A stretch of DNA of 64,000 bases. It comes from Pseudomonadota bacterium. GTDB taxonomy: Bacteria > Pseudomonadota > Gammaproteobacteria > Burkholderiales > Burkholderiaceae_C. Location: contig JAKAXL010000004.1 of assembly GCA_021816585.1 (NCBI GenBank), positions 49,964-113,963 on the forward strand, given 5' to 3'. The notes under the pieces were generated by a model. That model saw nothing but the letters and a program-made list of their open reading frames with translations. It was not told the origin of the DNA and ran no database searches. The position numbers were made by a program, and so were the translations under genes. Of this stretch, positions 28,141 through 38,830 are shown one piece after another (position 1 is the first letter of the stretch; each line of letters starts with the position of its first letter).

Positions 28141-30825
28141 CTACAGCGCGTGGCGCACCAGCCGGAAGTCCGGGTCCTCGGCGAAGGCCTCGACGACGAA
28201 GCCCAGGCTGCGCATCAGCTTGAGCATGGCCGGGTTGTTGCTCAGCACCAGGCCCTCGATGGTCTTGAGCCCGCGCTCGCGCGCGACGTCCATGATGCCC
28301 TGCATCAGGCGCGAGCCGATGCCCTTGCCGCTCCATTCGTCGGCCACCACGAGGGAGAACTCGCAGCTGCTGCGGTCCGGGTTGGTGATGTAGCGCGACA
28401 CGCCGATGATGCGCTCGCCGGCCGGCGCCTCGGGGCGCGCCGGGTCGACCTCGCGCAGCACGGCCACCAGCGCCATCTCGCGGTCGTAGTCGATCAGCGT
28501 GAAGCGCGCCAGCATCGACGGCGGCAGCTCGGCGCGCGTCGACACGAAGCGGAAGTAGCGGCTTTGCGGCGACAGTCCCTGCACCAGCTGCTGCAGCATG
28601 GAGCCGTCGTCGGGGCGTACCGGACGCATCAGGTATTCGCCGCCGCCGGGCAGCGGCAGCAACTGCTCGAAGCGCGCCGGGTAGGGCAGGATCGCCAGGT
28701 GGCGGTAGCGGTCGCTGCTGCCGGCCATCGCCGCCGGCGCGCTGTCGACCACGATGCGCGCGTCCACCGCGACCGCGCCGTGCTCGTCGACGATCACCGG
28801 GTTGAGGTCCATCTCGCGCAGCTGCGGCAGCTCGCAGACCATTTCCGAGACCCGCAGCAGCAGCTGCTCCAGCGCCTGCAGGTTCACCGGCGGCGCGCCG
28901 CGCCACTCGCCCAGCGTTTCCGACACGCGGGCGCGGGCGATCAGGCGCTGCGCCAGGAACTGGTTCAGCGGCGGCAGTTCCATCGCGCGGTCGCGGATCA
29001 GCTCGACCATCAGCCCACCGGCGCCGAACACGATCACCGGCCCGAACGGGTCGTCGGTGACCAGGCCGACGAACACCTCGCGCCCGTGGCGCGCCGGCGC
29101 CATCTTCTGCACCGTCACGCCGTGGATGCGCGCGCCCGGCTGCAGCCGCGCCACCGTGCGCATCATCTCGTCGTAGGTGTCGCGCGCCTGCGCGCCGCTG
29201 GCGACGTTCAGCGCCACCCCGTGCACGTCGCTCTTGTGGCCGATGTCCGGCGAGTCGATCTTCAGCGCCACCGGGAAGCCCATCTGGCTGGCCAGGAGCA
29301 TGGCCTCGTTGCCGCTGCGCGCCAGCGCGGTGTGGGTCACCGGGATGTGGAAGGCCGACAGCAGCGCCTTCGACTCCATCTCGGTGAGCACGTTGCGGCG
29401 CTCGGCCAGCACGCTCTCGATGACCAGGCGCGCGCACTCCAGGTCGGGCGCGCCGAGTTCGCTCAGTGGCGGCGGCGTCTGCTGCAGCAGTTGCTGGTTC
29501 TGGTAGAAGGTGGAGATGTTGCCGAAGGCGCCGACCGCCGCCTCCGGGGTGCGGAAGCTCGGGATGTCCGCGGCGCGCAGCGCGGCGCGCGCCGATTCCA
29601 CCGCGGCGGAGTCGCCCATCCAGCAGGCCAGCAGCGGCTTGCCGATGTTGCGCCGCACGCCGGCCAGCGCCGCCGCCGCCTGCGAGGGGTCGCTGCCGGG
29701 CTTGGGGGAGTGGATCGCCAGCACCCCGTCGACCCCCTTTTCGTGCGCGGCGGCCTCCAGCGCGATGCGGTAGTGCTCGGCGGCGGCGTCTTCCGACAGA
29801 TCGACGAGGTCGCTCAGCGAGGCCAGCGCGGGCAGCTGCGGGCGCAGCGCGTCGGCGCCCTGCGGCGACAGGCGGCCGAGCTCCAGGCCGATCTCGTTGA
29901 CCCAGTCGGCGGCCAGCACGCCGGGGCCGCCGCCGTTGGTGACGATGGCCAGCCGCGGCCCCACCGGGCGATAGCGCGAGGCCAGGCACTTGGCCGCCGA
30001 GAACAGCTCGACGAAGGAGCGCACGCGCACCGCGCCGGCGCGGCGCAGCGCCGAATCGAACACGTCGTCGCTGCCGACGCTGGCGGCGCTGTGGGTGCGC
30101 GCGGCTTCGCCGCCGGCCGGCCGGCGACCGGCCTTGAGCACGATCACCGGCTTGGCGTTGGCCGCCGAGCGCAGCGCGCTCATGAAGCGGCGCGCGTTGG
30201 TGATCCCCTCCAGGTACAGGATGATGCTGTGGGTCTGCGCGTCGCTGGCGAGGAAATCCAGGGATTCGGCGATTCCCACCACCGAGTGCGGGCCCACCGA
30301 GATCACCGACGAGAAGCCGACGCGATTCTGCCGCGCCCAGTCCAGCATCGACACGGTCAGGGCGCCGGACTGCGACACCAGCCCCAGCGGCCCCGGACTG
30401 GCCAACGGGCCGCAGGCGCTGGCGTTGAGACCGAGCGGCGGGCGCTGGAAACCCAGGCTGTTGGGCCCCAGCAGCAGCACCCCGTCGCGTTGTGCGATCT
30501 CGCGCAACCGCGCCGCCTGCGCGGCGTCGACCCCGTGCGAGACCATCAGCGCGCTGCTGCAGCCCATGCGGGCGGCGAGTTCCAGCGCATCGGGCGCCTG
30601 CTGCTGCGGCAGCGCGATCACCGCCAGGTCGGAATGCGCCTGCGACAGGTCCTCCAGCGTGCCGCTGGTGTGCAGGTCGACGAATTGCAGCCGTCCCTGG
30701 AATCCGGTCTCGCGCAGCGCCTGTTGCACGGACACGACGGCACTGCCGCCGGGCTCCCCGTCGGAGTCGCCGATGACCACGATCGACGAAGGGGCGAACA
30801 GCGGGGTCAGGTAGTGCTTGTCCAT
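28141..30825 (-). CDS. Bifunctional ADP-forming acyl-CoA synthetase-like / GNAT protein acetyltransferase (Pat/PatZ family)
   Basis: 894 aa from ATG 30825 (MDKHYLTPLFAPSSIVVIGDS...). It has CoA-binding and ATP-grasp regions and a C-terminal GNAT (CEFSLVVADEWSGKGIGSRLM). The ORF-track start at 31416 is rejected as an extension. Confidence 0.85.
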   Translation of the reverse strand: MDKHYLTPLFAPSSIVVIGDSDGEPGGSAVVSVQQALRETGFQGRLQFVDLHTSGTLEDLSQAHSDLAVIALPQQQAPDALELAARMGCSSALMVSHGVDAAQAARLREIAQRDGVLLLGPNSLGFQRPPLGLNASACGPLASPGPLGLVSQSGALTVSMLDWARQNRVGFSSVISVGPHSVVGIAESLDFLASDAQTHSIILYLEGITNARRFMSALRSAANAKPVIVLKAGRRPAGGEAARTHSAASVGSDDVFDSALRRAGAVRVRSFVELFSAAKCLASRYRPVGPRLAIVTNGGGPGVLAADWVNEIGLELGRLSPQGADALRPQLPALASLSDLVDLSEDAAAEHYRIALEAAAHEKGVDGVLAIHSPKPGSDPSQAAAALAGVRRNIGKPLLACWMGDSAAVESARAALRAADIPSFRTPEAAVGAFGNISTFYQNQQLLQQTPPPLSELGAPDLECARLVIESVLAERRNVLTEMESKALLSAFHIPVTHTALARSGNEAMLLASQMGFPVALKIDSPDIGHKSDVHGVALNVASGAQARDTYDEMMRTVARLQPGARIHGVTVQKMAPARHGREVFVGLVTDDPFGPVIVFGAGGLMVELIRDRAMELPPLNQFLAQRLIARARVSETLGEWRGAPPVNLQALEQLLLRVSEMVCELPQLREMDLNPVIVDEHGAVAVDARIVVDSAPAAMAGSSDRYRHLAILPYPARFEQLLPLPGGGEYLMRPVRPDDGSMLQQLVQGLSPQSRYFRFVSTRAELPPSMLARFTLIDYDREMALVAVLREVDPARPEAPAGERIIGVSRYITNPDRSSCEFSLVVADEWSGKGIGSRLMQGIMDVARERGLKTIEGLVLSNNPAMLKLMRSLGFVVEAFAEDPDFRLVRHAL

Positions 30826-30897
30826 GGGGTTGATTGTGCGCCGCGGCCCGGTCCGCGGGCCAGTCGCATAATGCGCTACTCGACGGTTTCTTGCGCC

Positions 30898-31326
30898 ATG
30901 ACCCAGTCCGCCCCCCAACCCACCGATCTGACCGTGCACCGCGTCTCGCGCGTGCTGGAGATCGCCTTCGACGACGGCGCGTCGTTTCGCATTCCCTTCG
31001 AGCTGATGCGGGTGTATTCGCCGTCGGCCGAGGTGCGCGGGCACGGCCCGGGCCAGGAGGTGCTGCAGACCGGCAAGCGCAACGTGCAGATCGACGCGCT
31101 GGAGCCGGTCGGGCGCTACGCCGTGCAGCCGGTGTACTCCGACGGCCACGACAGCGGCATCTACACCTGGGAATACCTGTATTTCCTCGGCCAGGAGCGC
31201 GAGCGCCTGTGGCAGGAATATCTGGAGAAGCTGCAGCTGGCCGGGCTGGACCGCGACGCGCCGATGGCCTCCGCGTCGTCCGGCGGCGCCTGCGCCAGTC
31301 ACCAGGGAGGCGGACATGTCCATTGA
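30898..31326 (+). CDS. DUF971-family protein
   Basis: 142 aa ([44 protein letters not shown]...[22 protein letters not shown]). Its 3' end overlaps the ubiE start by 11 nt. Confidence 0.65.
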   Translation: MTQSAPQPTDLTVHRVSRVLEIAFDDGASFRIPFELMRVYSPSAEVRGHGPGQEVLQTGKRNVQIDALEPVGRYAVQPVYSDGHDSGIYTWEYLYFLGQERERLWQEYLEKLQLAGLDRDAPMASASSGGACASHQGGGHVH

Positions 31327-32101
31327 GTCGCCGGATCGCGTCCGGGCCGGCCGGGCTCCCGAGGCCGGGGAATCGACCACGCATTTCGGCTTCGAGACCG
31401 TCGCCGAGAGCGACAAGGCGCGCCGCGTGGCCAGGGTGTTCGAGTCGGTGGCGCCGCGCTACGACCTCATGAACGACCTGATGAGCGCCGGGCTGCATCG
31501 CTTGTGGAAGGCGTTCACGGTGCAGATCGCCGGGCTGCGTCCCGGCATGCGCGTGCTCGACGTGGCCTCCGGCACCGGCGACCTGGCACGCGCCTTCGCG
31601 CCGCGCGTCGAGCCGGGCGGACTGGTCGTCGCGACCGACATCAACGGCCCGATGCTGGAGGAGGGGCGCGCGCGCCTGCTGGACGCCGGCGTGTGCGTGC
31701 CGGCGCTGCAGTGCGACGCCGAGCAGCTGCCCTTCGCCGACGCCAGCTTCGACCGCGTCAGCGTGGCCTTCGGGTTGCGCAACATGACCCACAAGGAGCG
31801 CGCGCTGGCCGAGTTCCGGCGCGTGCTGCGCCCCGGCGGGCGCCTGCTGGTGCTGGAGTTCTCGCGTCCGTGGGAGCCGCTGCGCCCGGCCTACGACTGG
31901 TATTCGTTCCAGGTGCTGCCGCGCCTGGGGCGCCTGATCGCCGGCGACCCCGACAGCTACCGCTACCTGGCCGAATCGATCCGCAAGCACCCCGACCAGG
32001 CCACGCTGAAGCAGATGATGGAGCAGGCCGGGTTCACCGGCGTGCAGTGGTACAACCTGAGCGCGGGGGTGGTCGCGCTGCACGTGGGCTTGCGCGCGTG
32101 A
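31316..32101 (+). CDS. ubiE: Ubiquinone/menaquinone biosynthesis C-methyltransferase
   Basis: 261 aa ([56 protein letters not shown]). GGGAGG SD is upstream. Confidence 0.9.
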   Translation: MSIESPDRVRAGRAPEAGESTTHFGFETVAESDKARRVARVFESVAPRYDLMNDLMSAGLHRLWKAFTVQIAGLRPGMRVLDVASGTGDLARAFAPRVEPGGLVVATDINGPMLEEGRARLLDAGVCVPALQCDAEQLPFADASFDRVSVAFGLRNMTHKERALAEFRRVLRPGGRLLVLEFSRPWEPLRPAYDWYSFQVLPRLGRLIAGDPDSYRYLAESIRKHPDQATLKQMMEQAGFTGVQWYNLSAGVVALHVGLRA

Positions 32102-32730
32102 GCGTGGGCGAACTGCCGGGCTTCAGCGCCGCCTCGCAGGCGGTGCTGCGCACCGTCGGCGCGTTGCTGGACCACGTGCTGGCGCAGCAGCCGCAGGGGC
32201 GCCAGCGCCTGCTGCCGCACGCCGGCAAGACCCTGCAGCTGCGTGCCGGCGCGCTGGACCTGCGCATGCGCGTCGGTGACGACGCCCGGCTGCAGCCGGT
32301 GCGCGACGACGCGGCGGCGCCCGCGCTGCAGCTCGACGTCGACGTCGCACGCTGGATGTCCGCGCAGCTGCGCGGAGGCGCCGAGGCCGCGCTGGCGGGC
32401 GTGCGCATCGCCGGCGACGCCGAGTTCGCGCAGGCCATCTCGTGGCTGCTGGGGCATGTGCGCTGGGACGCCGAGGCCGACCTGTCGCAGGTGTTCGGCG
32501 ACGTGCTGGGGCACCGCCTGGCGCGCGCCGCGGCCGCCTCCGGGCAGCGCGCGCGCGAACTCGCGCAGCGCGTCGAGAGCGACACCCGCGAGTGGCTGCG
32601 CGAGGCTCCGCGAGGGGTCGTAGGGCGCTGGGAACTCGACGACGCCGCGCGCGACGTGGCGCGCCTGCGCGACGGCGCGGCGCGCCTGGAAAAGCGCGTC
32701 GAGGCGCTGCGCCGGCGCCTGCGCGCCTGA
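32098..32730 (+). CDS. ubiJ: SCP2-domain ubiquinone biosynthesis accessory factor UbiJ-like
   Basis: The GTG start overlaps the ubiE stop (GTGA). 210 aa. It lies between ubiE and ubiB, as E. coli ubiJ (yigP) does. The call rests mainly on position. Confidence 0.6.
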   Translation: MSVGELPGFSAASQAVLRTVGALLDHVLAQQPQGRQRLLPHAGKTLQLRAGALDLRMRVGDDARLQPVRDDAAAPALQLDVDVARWMSAQLRGGAEAALAGVRIAGDAEFAQAISWLLGHVRWDAEADLSQVFGDVLGHRLARAAAASGQRARELAQRVESDTREWLREAPRGVVGRWELDDAARDVARLRDGAARLEKRVEALRRRLRA

Positions 32731-32735
32731 CGCCG

Positions 32736-34298
32736 ATGCAACGCCTGCTGCGCCTGCTGCGCATCCTGCTGGTGGCCCGTCGCTACGGGCTCGACCAGCT
32801 CGTGCTGGGCGGCCTGCGCCATCGCTGGGTGCGCGTGCTGGCGCGCGTGCTGGCCTTCGGGCGCGACCTCGGCGCGCCGCGCGGCGAGCGCCTGCGCCTG
32901 GCGCTGCAGAGCCTGGGCCCGATCTTCGTCAAGTTCGGGCAGATGCTGTCGACGCGCCGCGACCTGCTTCCGCTGGACATCGCCGACCAGCTCGCATTGC
33001 TGCAGGATCGGGTTCCGCCCTTCGATTCCGAGGTCGCGGTGGGGCTGATCGAGAAGGCGCTGGGGCGCCCGCTGGACCAGTTGTTCGCGCAGTTCGAGCG
33101 CACCCCGGTGGCCAGCGCCTCGATCGCGCAGGTGCATTTCGCGGTGCTGCCGCCGGAGCAGGGCGGGCACGAGGTCGCGGTGAAGGTACTGCGCCCCGGC
33201 ATGCTGCGCATCATCGACCAGGACCTGGCGCTGATGCGCCTGCTCGCCGGCTGGATCGAGCGCGGGTGGGCCGACGGCAAGCGCCTCAAGCCCCGCGAGG
33301 TCGTCGGGGAGTTCGACAAGTACCTGCACGACGAGCTGGACCTGGTGCGCGAGGCCGCCAACGCCGCGCAGTTGCGGCGCAACATGGACGGTCTCGGGCT
33401 GGTGCTGATTCCGCAGATGATCTGGGAACTGTGCCGACCCAGCGTGATCGTGATGGAGCGCATGCACGGCGTGCCGATCAGCCAGGTCGAGCGGCTGCGC
33501 GAGGCCGGCGTGGACGTCCGCAAGCTGGCGCACAGCGGCGTGGAGATCTTTTTCACGCAGGTGTTCCGCGACGGCTTCTTCCACGCCGACATGCATCCGG
33601 GCAACATCATGGTCAGCCTGGATCCGCAGACCTTCGGCTGGTACATCGCGCTGGATTTCGGGATCGTCGGCACCTTGTCGGCCTTCGACAAGGATTACCT
33701 GGCGCAGAACTTCATCGCCTTCTTCCAGCGCGACTACCGGCGCGTGGCGGAGCTGCACCTGGAGTCGGGCTGGGTGCCGGCCGACGTGCGCGTCGACGAG
33801 CTCGAGGCGGCGGTGCGCACGGTGTGCGAGCCGCAGTTCGAGCGTCCGCTGAAGGACATCTCGCTGGGGCAGATCCTGATGCGCCTGTTCCAGGTATCCC
33901 GGCGCTTCAAGGTGGAGATCCAGCCGCAGCTCGTGCTGCTGCAGAAGACCCTGCTCAATGTGGAGGGGCTGGGGCGCCAGCTCGACCCCGACCTCGACCT
34001 GTGGAGCACCGCGCAGCCCTTCCTGCGGCGCTGGATGCGCTCGCAGGTCGGCTGGCCGGCGCTGCGCGAACAACTGCGCCGCGAGGCGCCGCGCTACGCG
34101 CAATACCTGCCGGCGCTGCCGCGACTCGTGCACCAGGCGCTGGAGCACGGCCTGCACGGGCGCGAGCGCGAGCTGCAACGCCAGCTGCTGGCCGAGCAGC
34201 GGCGCACCAATGCGCTGCTGCAGGGACTGGCCGGATTCGGCCTCGGGGTGCTGGCGGTGCTGCTGCTGCTGGCGCTGTGGGACCTGCACGCGTTCTGA
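32736..34298 (+). CDS. ubiB: Ubiquinone biosynthesis regulatory kinase-like protein UbiB
   Basis: 520 aa ABC1/UbiB family ([37 protein letters not shown]) with C-terminal TM helices. Confidence 0.9.
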   Translation: MQRLLRLLRILLVARRYGLDQLVLGGLRHRWVRVLARVLAFGRDLGAPRGERLRLALQSLGPIFVKFGQMLSTRRDLLPLDIADQLALLQDRVPPFDSEVAVGLIEKALGRPLDQLFAQFERTPVASASIAQVHFAVLPPEQGGHEVAVKVLRPGMLRIIDQDLALMRLLAGWIERGWADGKRLKPREVVGEFDKYLHDELDLVREAANAAQLRRNMDGLGLVLIPQMIWELCRPSVIVMERMHGVPISQVERLREAGVDVRKLAHSGVEIFFTQVFRDGFFHADMHPGNIMVSLDPQTFGWYIALDFGIVGTLSAFDKDYLAQNFIAFFQRDYRRVAELHLESGWVPADVRVDELEAAVRTVCEPQFERPLKDISLGQILMRLFQVSRRFKVEIQPQLVLLQKTLLNVEGLGRQLDPDLDLWSTAQPFLRRWMRSQVGWPALREQLRREAPRYAQYLPALPRLVHQALEHGLHGRERELQRQLLAEQRRTNALLQGLAGFGLGVLAVLLLLALWDLHAF

Positions 34299-34305
34299 AT
34301 CCGCG

Positions 34306-35061
34306 ATGGCCCTGCTGCTGATCGATCTCGGAAATTCCCGGCTCAAGTGGGGCGTCAGCGACGGCGCCGGCATGGCCGTGCACGGTGTCATTCCGCTGGA
34401 GGCCATCGAGACCCTGGCCGACAGCGTGCGCGCGAAGTTCGCGGCGCCGTTGCAGACGGCGGTCGGCTGCGCCGTCGCCGGCCCCGCGGCCAGCCTGCGC
34501 ACCGACGCGCAGCTGGCGCGCCTGGGGCTGCGCTGCCACTGGATCCGCTCGGTGCCGCGGCAATGCGGGGTGCGCAACGGCTACACGACGCCGGCCGGGC
34601 TCGGCGCCGACCGCTGGGCGGCGCTGGTCGGCGCGCGGCTGCGCCAGCCGCGCCGCGCCGTGCTGATCCTCAGCGCCGGCACCGCGGTGACCATCGACTG
34701 CCTGGCCGCCGACGGTCGCTTCCTCGGCGGCGTGATCCTGCCCGGTTTCGGGCTGATGCTGCGCGCGCTGGAAATGGGCACCGCCGGGCTGAAGGTGCCG
34801 GAGGGCGAGTTGCGCGAATTCCCCAACAACACCAGCGACGCGCTGATGACCGGCGGCGCACTGGCCATCGCCGGCGCCGCGCGCCAGATGTACGAACGCC
34901 TGGCGCGGCTGCACGAACAGCCGCCGGTGGTGCTGCTGACCGGCGGCGCCGTGCCGAAGCTGGAGCCTGCGCTGGGCCTGGCCCACGAGCATGCCGAGCA
35001 GCTGGTGTTCGAGGGCCTGCTGGGAATCGCCGCCGAGCGCGGCATCGGCGCCGCGCGCTGA
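34306..35061 (+). CDS. coaX: Type III pantothenate kinase
   Basis: 251 aa (MALLLIDLGNSRLKW...GADRWAALVGA...SAGTAVTID...NTSDALMTG). Confidence 0.85.
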   Translation: MALLLIDLGNSRLKWGVSDGAGMAVHGVIPLEAIETLADSVRAKFAAPLQTAVGCAVAGPAASLRTDAQLARLGLRCHWIRSVPRQCGVRNGYTTPAGLGADRWAALVGARLRQPRRAVLILSAGTAVTIDCLAADGRFLGGVILPGFGLMLRALEMGTAGLKVPEGELREFPNNTSDALMTGGALAIAGAARQMYERLARLHEQPPVVLLTGGAVPKLEPALGLAHEHAEQLVFEGLLGIAAERGIGAAR

Positions 35062-35083
35062 CCGCGCGCGGCCGCGGCGGCGC

Positions 35084-36388
35084 CTACAGCACGTAGCGCG
35101 ACAGGTCCTGGTCGCGCGCGATCTCGCCGAGCTGGCGCTCGACGAATTCCGCGTCCACGTGCAGGGTCTGCGCACGGCTGCCGTCGGCCTGGTACGACAC
35201 CTCCTCGAGCAGGCGCTCGAGCACCGTGTGCAGGCGCCGCGCGCCGATGTCCTCGGTGCGCCCGTTGACGCTGTGGGCGATCTCGGCCAGGCGCCGGATG
35301 CCGTCGGCGGCGAATTCCAGCTGCACGCCGTCGGTCGCCAGCAGCGCCTGGTACTGCTTGACCAGGCTGGCGTCGGTGCTGGTGAGGATGGCGATGAAAT
35401 CCTCCACCGACAGGCTCTGCAGCTCGACGCGGATCGGGAAGCGGCCCTGCAGTTCGGGGATCAGGTCCGAGGGCTTGGAGACGTGGAAGGCACCGCTGGC
35501 GATGAACAGCACGTGGTCGGTGCGCACCATGCCGTACTTGGTGCTGACCGTGGTCCCCTCGACCAGCGGCAGCAGGTCGCGCTGCACGCCCTGGCGCGAC
35601 ACGTCGGCGCCCTGTGTCTGGCCGCCGGCGGCGATCTTGTCCACCTCGTCGAGGAACACGATGCCGTGCTGCTCGACCAGTTGCACCGCACGGACCTTCA
35701 CCTGTTCCTCGTCGAGCAGCCTGGCCGCCTCTTCCTGCTGCAGCGCGCGCAGCGCCTCGCGCACCTTCATGCTGCGCCGCGCGCCGCGCGCGCCGGCCTG
35801 TCCGATGCCGGCGAACAGCCCCTTGAGCTGCTCGGCCATCTCCTCCATGCCGGGCGGGGTCACGATGTCCACGCTGGGCTGCGCGCGGCTGAGCTCGACC
35901 TCGATCTCGCGCTCGTCGAGCTGGCCCTCGCGCAGGCGCTTGCGCATCACCTGGCGCGTGTTGGAGTCGGAGTCCACCCCCGGCAGCAGCACGTCGAGGA
36001 TGCGCTCCTCGGCGGCGTCCTCGGCCTGCGCGCGGTGCGCCTGCATGGCCTGCTCGCGCACCTGCTTGACGGCCACGTCGACGAGGTCGCGCACGATGGT
36101 GTCGACGTCGCGGCCGACATAGCCCACCTCGGTGAACTTGGTGGCCTCGATCTTGATGAACGGGGCGTGGGCCAGTCGCGCCAGGCGGCGCGCGATCTCG
36201 GTCTTGCCGACCCCGGTGGGGCCGATCATCAGGATGTTCTTCGGCGTGATCTCGTGGCGCAGCGGCTCCGCCACCTGCTGGCGGCGCCAGCGGTTGCGCA
36301 GCGCCACCGCGACGGCACGCTTGGCCTGGGACTGCCCGACGACGTAGCGGTCGAGCTCGGAGACGATTTCTCGCGGGGTCATGTCCAT
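35084..36388 (-). CDS. hslU: ATP-dependent protease ATPase subunit HslU
   Basis: 434 aa ([19 protein letters not shown]...[19 protein letters not shown]...[10 protein letters not shown]). Confidence 0.95.
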   Translation of the reverse strand: MDMTPREIVSELDRYVVGQSQAKRAVAVALRNRWRRQQVAEPLRHEITPKNILMIGPTGVGKTEIARRLARLAHAPFIKIEATKFTEVGYVGRDVDTIVRDLVDVAVKQVREQAMQAHRAQAEDAAEERILDVLLPGVDSDSNTRQVMRKRLREGQLDEREIEVELSRAQPSVDIVTPPGMEEMAEQLKGLFAGIGQAGARGARRSMKVREALRALQQEEAARLLDEEQVKVRAVQLVEQHGIVFLDEVDKIAAGGQTQGADVSRQGVQRDLLPLVEGTTVSTKYGMVRTDHVLFIASGAFHVSKPSDLIPELQGRFPIRVELQSLSVEDFIAILTSTDASLVKQYQALLATDGVQLEFAADGIRRLAEIAHSVNGRTEDIGARRLHTVLERLLEEVSYQADGSRAQTLHVDAEFVERQLGEIARDQDLSRYVL

Positions 36389-36427
36389 GGGATGTCGCGG
36401 CCTTGCGCCGCGCGGGTGAGGCGGACC

Positions 36428-36982
36428 TCAGGCGGCGCCTGCGCGCTCGTCCAGGGTCTCGATGCGGATCTCGTGATTGGTGTAGATGCAGATGTCGGCC
36501 GCGATGTGCAGCGAGCGCTCGACGATGTCGTGCGCCGGCAGCTCGCTGTTGTCGAGCAGCGCGCGCGCCGCGGCCTGCGCGTAGGCGCCGCCGGAGCCGA
36601 TGGCCAGGATGCCCTGCTCGGGCTCCAGCACGTCGCCGTTGCCGGTGATGATCAGCGAGGCGCTGGCATCGGCCACCGCCAGCATGGCCTCCAGCCGTCG
36701 CAGCGCGCGATCGGCGCGCCAGTCCTTGGCCAGTTCGACGGCCGCGCGCACCAGCTGGCCGTGGTGCTCCTGCAGCTTGGCCTCGAAGCGCTCGAACAGC
36801 GTGAAGGCGTCGGCGGTGCCGCCGGCGAAGCCGGCCAGCACGCGTCCGTCGTGCAGCTTGCGCACCTTGCGGGCGCTGGACTTGACGACGACGTTGCCGA
36901 GGGTGACCTGGCCGTCGCCGCCGAGGGCCACGTGGGCGCCCCGGCGCACGCTGAGGATGGTGGTGCCGTGATATTGATCCAT
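36428..36982 (-). CDS. hslV: ATP-dependent protease subunit HslV
   Basis: 184 aa from ATG 36982 ([29 protein letters not shown]...). The ORF-track start at 37879 is rejected. Confidence 0.95.
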   Translation of the reverse strand: MDQYHGTTILSVRRGAHVALGGDGQVTLGNVVVKSSARKVRKLHDGRVLAGFAGGTADAFTLFERFEAKLQEHHGQLVRAAVELAKDWRADRALRRLEAMLAVADASASLIITGNGDVLEPEQGILAIGSGGAYAQAAARALLDNSELPAHDIVERSLHIAADICIYTNHEIRIETLDERAGAA

Positions 36983-37044
36983 GGGAGTCGTGGGTGCGGA
37001 AGGGGTGGCGCGCGGCGCGCGCCGCGGCACCGCCGGGCGGACGC

Positions 37045-38775
37045 TCAGGACTTGCGCAGCTCGACCTGGGCCACCGAGCTGATGCCGAGGATCGCGAACA
37101 GCCCGGCGATCAGCCGGTGGGTGCCTTCGAAGCGCACGGATCGTCCGGCGCTGCTCTGGGCCATCACCCAGTTCAGCACGATTCCGGCGCTGGCGAAGTC
37201 GAGCCGGCGCAGCCCGCCGAGGTCGACCAGCACGGTGGAATGCCCCGACGCCACTTCGTCGAGGGGGTGCAGGAAATCCTCGCTGCCGCCGCGGATCTCG
37301 CCGTCGAGTCGGGCCACCGCGACGCCGTCGGTCTCGGTGTTGGAAAAGCGCGTCGGCACGCGGCTGCCGTGGCCCGGCAGCAGGCTCGGCCCGCCGGCGC
37401 CCGCCGGCGCGTCCGCGGCGTTGACCAGACGCACCCGGGCGCGGCTGGGTTCCCAGGACGGCGGCGAGATCTCGTAGGTGACGCAGTAGTCGAGGGCGAC
37501 CGACTCGAAGGCCTCCTGCGCGCTCGCCAGGCGCAGCGCTTCCAGGCGGACGCCCCACCATGCGGGATCGGCCTCGCGTTGCATCGCCGGCGCGTTCGAC
37601 GCGCAGGCTTCGAGCAGGTGGTCGAGCCCGGAGACCTCGATCGCGCAGCCGGGCGCGGCGTTCAGGGCCTTCAGCGCGTCGGCCAGCGCCTGCGCGCAAT
37701 CGGTGGCGGCGGCGGTCATCGCATTGAAGTCCAGCGCCACCTGCGCGGCGCCGCTGCGCGCCAGCGCCAGCAGGCTGCGCGCCTGCGCGGCGTCGAGTTC
37801 CCCGAGCGCGATGAACGAACCCTCGCCCGCCGTCGTGCCGGCGGGGTGCGCCGGGGACGAAGCGCCCGCGGCTCCCCACGACGGGGCCGAGGACTGGAAG
37901 CGGTCCACGTAGTCGACCACCAGCGCCTCGAAGCGCTGCATGTCGGAGCCGGCGCGGTACAGATCGAACAGCGCGAGCCAGAATTCGTTCTCCAGCTTGC
38001 GCTCGGGCGAACCGGAAATGGCCTCCAGCAGCGCCCGCTCGGCGGCCTGGTCGTTGCCGTTGGCGAAATCCATGCAGGCCTGGTCGAACAGCGGGCTGGA
38101 GGAAACCCCCTCCTGCACGTCCACGGCCATCGAATGCGACGAATCCAGGCCGGCCGAGCTGGAAGCCCAGTTCCTGCCGGTGGCCGGCGGGTCGGCGGCT
38201 GCCGCGTCGGCGATGCCGATGCGCGTGGGCGCCAGTTGCGTGGCCGCCAGCTGGGTCGGCGCCGGCACCGTGGCCTGCATGCTGGTGGCGGCCTGGGGTT
38301 GCCGGCTCAGCGCGTCGGTGGCCGGGAAGGTCAGCGCCTGCGTGCTGGCCAGCGGCGCGTCGAAAGCCTGCTCGCGGGTCAGCGGGACGGTGGTGGCCAT
38401 CGCCGGCTGATGGCGCGAGTCGGCGGTGGAGTCCTGCACCATCGCGCGCTCGATCTCGTTGATCTTGCGCAGCGTGGCCTCGCGCTGCGGAGCCTGCGGC
38501 ATGCCGGCTCCGGTGTCGGGGAGATCCGAGAAGACCAGGTCGGGCACCTCGCCGCTGGCCTGCTGCTTGCGCAGGCGCCGCAACGCCGCGAGTTCGCGCT
38601 TGCGGATGAAGGCGTCGAGCTTGCGCTGTTCCTCGCGCGCGCGCTGGTGCTCCTGCTCCTGCTGTTCGCGCAGCGCGTTCTCGTGCCGCGTCAACGACCA
38701 GTCCTGGGTCGGATTCTTGACGAACTCGGTGACCCGTCCCCAGAAACTGCGCGGCTTGGTCGGTTCTTCGGACAT
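37045..38775 (-). CDS. Hypothetical 576-aa protein with charged N-terminal coiled coil, low-complexity linker and two C-terminal STAS-like units
   Basis: It is a long ORF with coding-like composition. The C-terminal unit ([51 protein letters not shown]) resembles SpoIIAA/STAS, and an earlier similar unit reads [18 protein letters not shown]...[10 protein letters not shown] recognise no TM segment or catalytic motif. Confidence 0.6.
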   Translation of the reverse strand: MSEEPTKPRSFWGRVTEFVKNPTQDWSLTRHENALREQQEQEHQRAREEQRKLDAFIRKRELAALRRLRKQQASGEVPDLVFSDLPDTGAGMPQAPQREATLRKINEIERAMVQDSTADSRHQPAMATTVPLTREQAFDAPLASTQALTFPATDALSRQPQAATSMQATVPAPTQLAATQLAPTRIGIADAAAADPPATGRNWASSSAGLDSSHSMAVDVQEGVSSSPLFDQACMDFANGNDQAAERALLEAISGSPERKLENEFWLALFDLYRAGSDMQRFEALVVDYVDRFQSSAPSWGAAGASSPAHPAGTTAGEGSFIALGELDAAQARSLLALARSGAAQVALDFNAMTAAATDCAQALADALKALNAAPGCAIEVSGLDHLLEACASNAPAMQREADPAWWGVRLEALRLASAQEAFESVALDYCVTYEISPPSWEPSRARVRLVNAADAPAGAGGPSLLPGHGSRVPTRFSNTETDGVAVARLDGEIRGGSEDFLHPLDEVASGHSTVLVDLGGLRRLDFASAGIVLNWVMAQSSAGRSVRFEGTHRLIAGLFAILGISSVAQVELRKS

Positions 38776-38830
38776 GGACGATGCGGCGGGCTGCGGCTCG
38801 CGCCGGGCGTGCTGCCCGGCGCCGGGGCGT

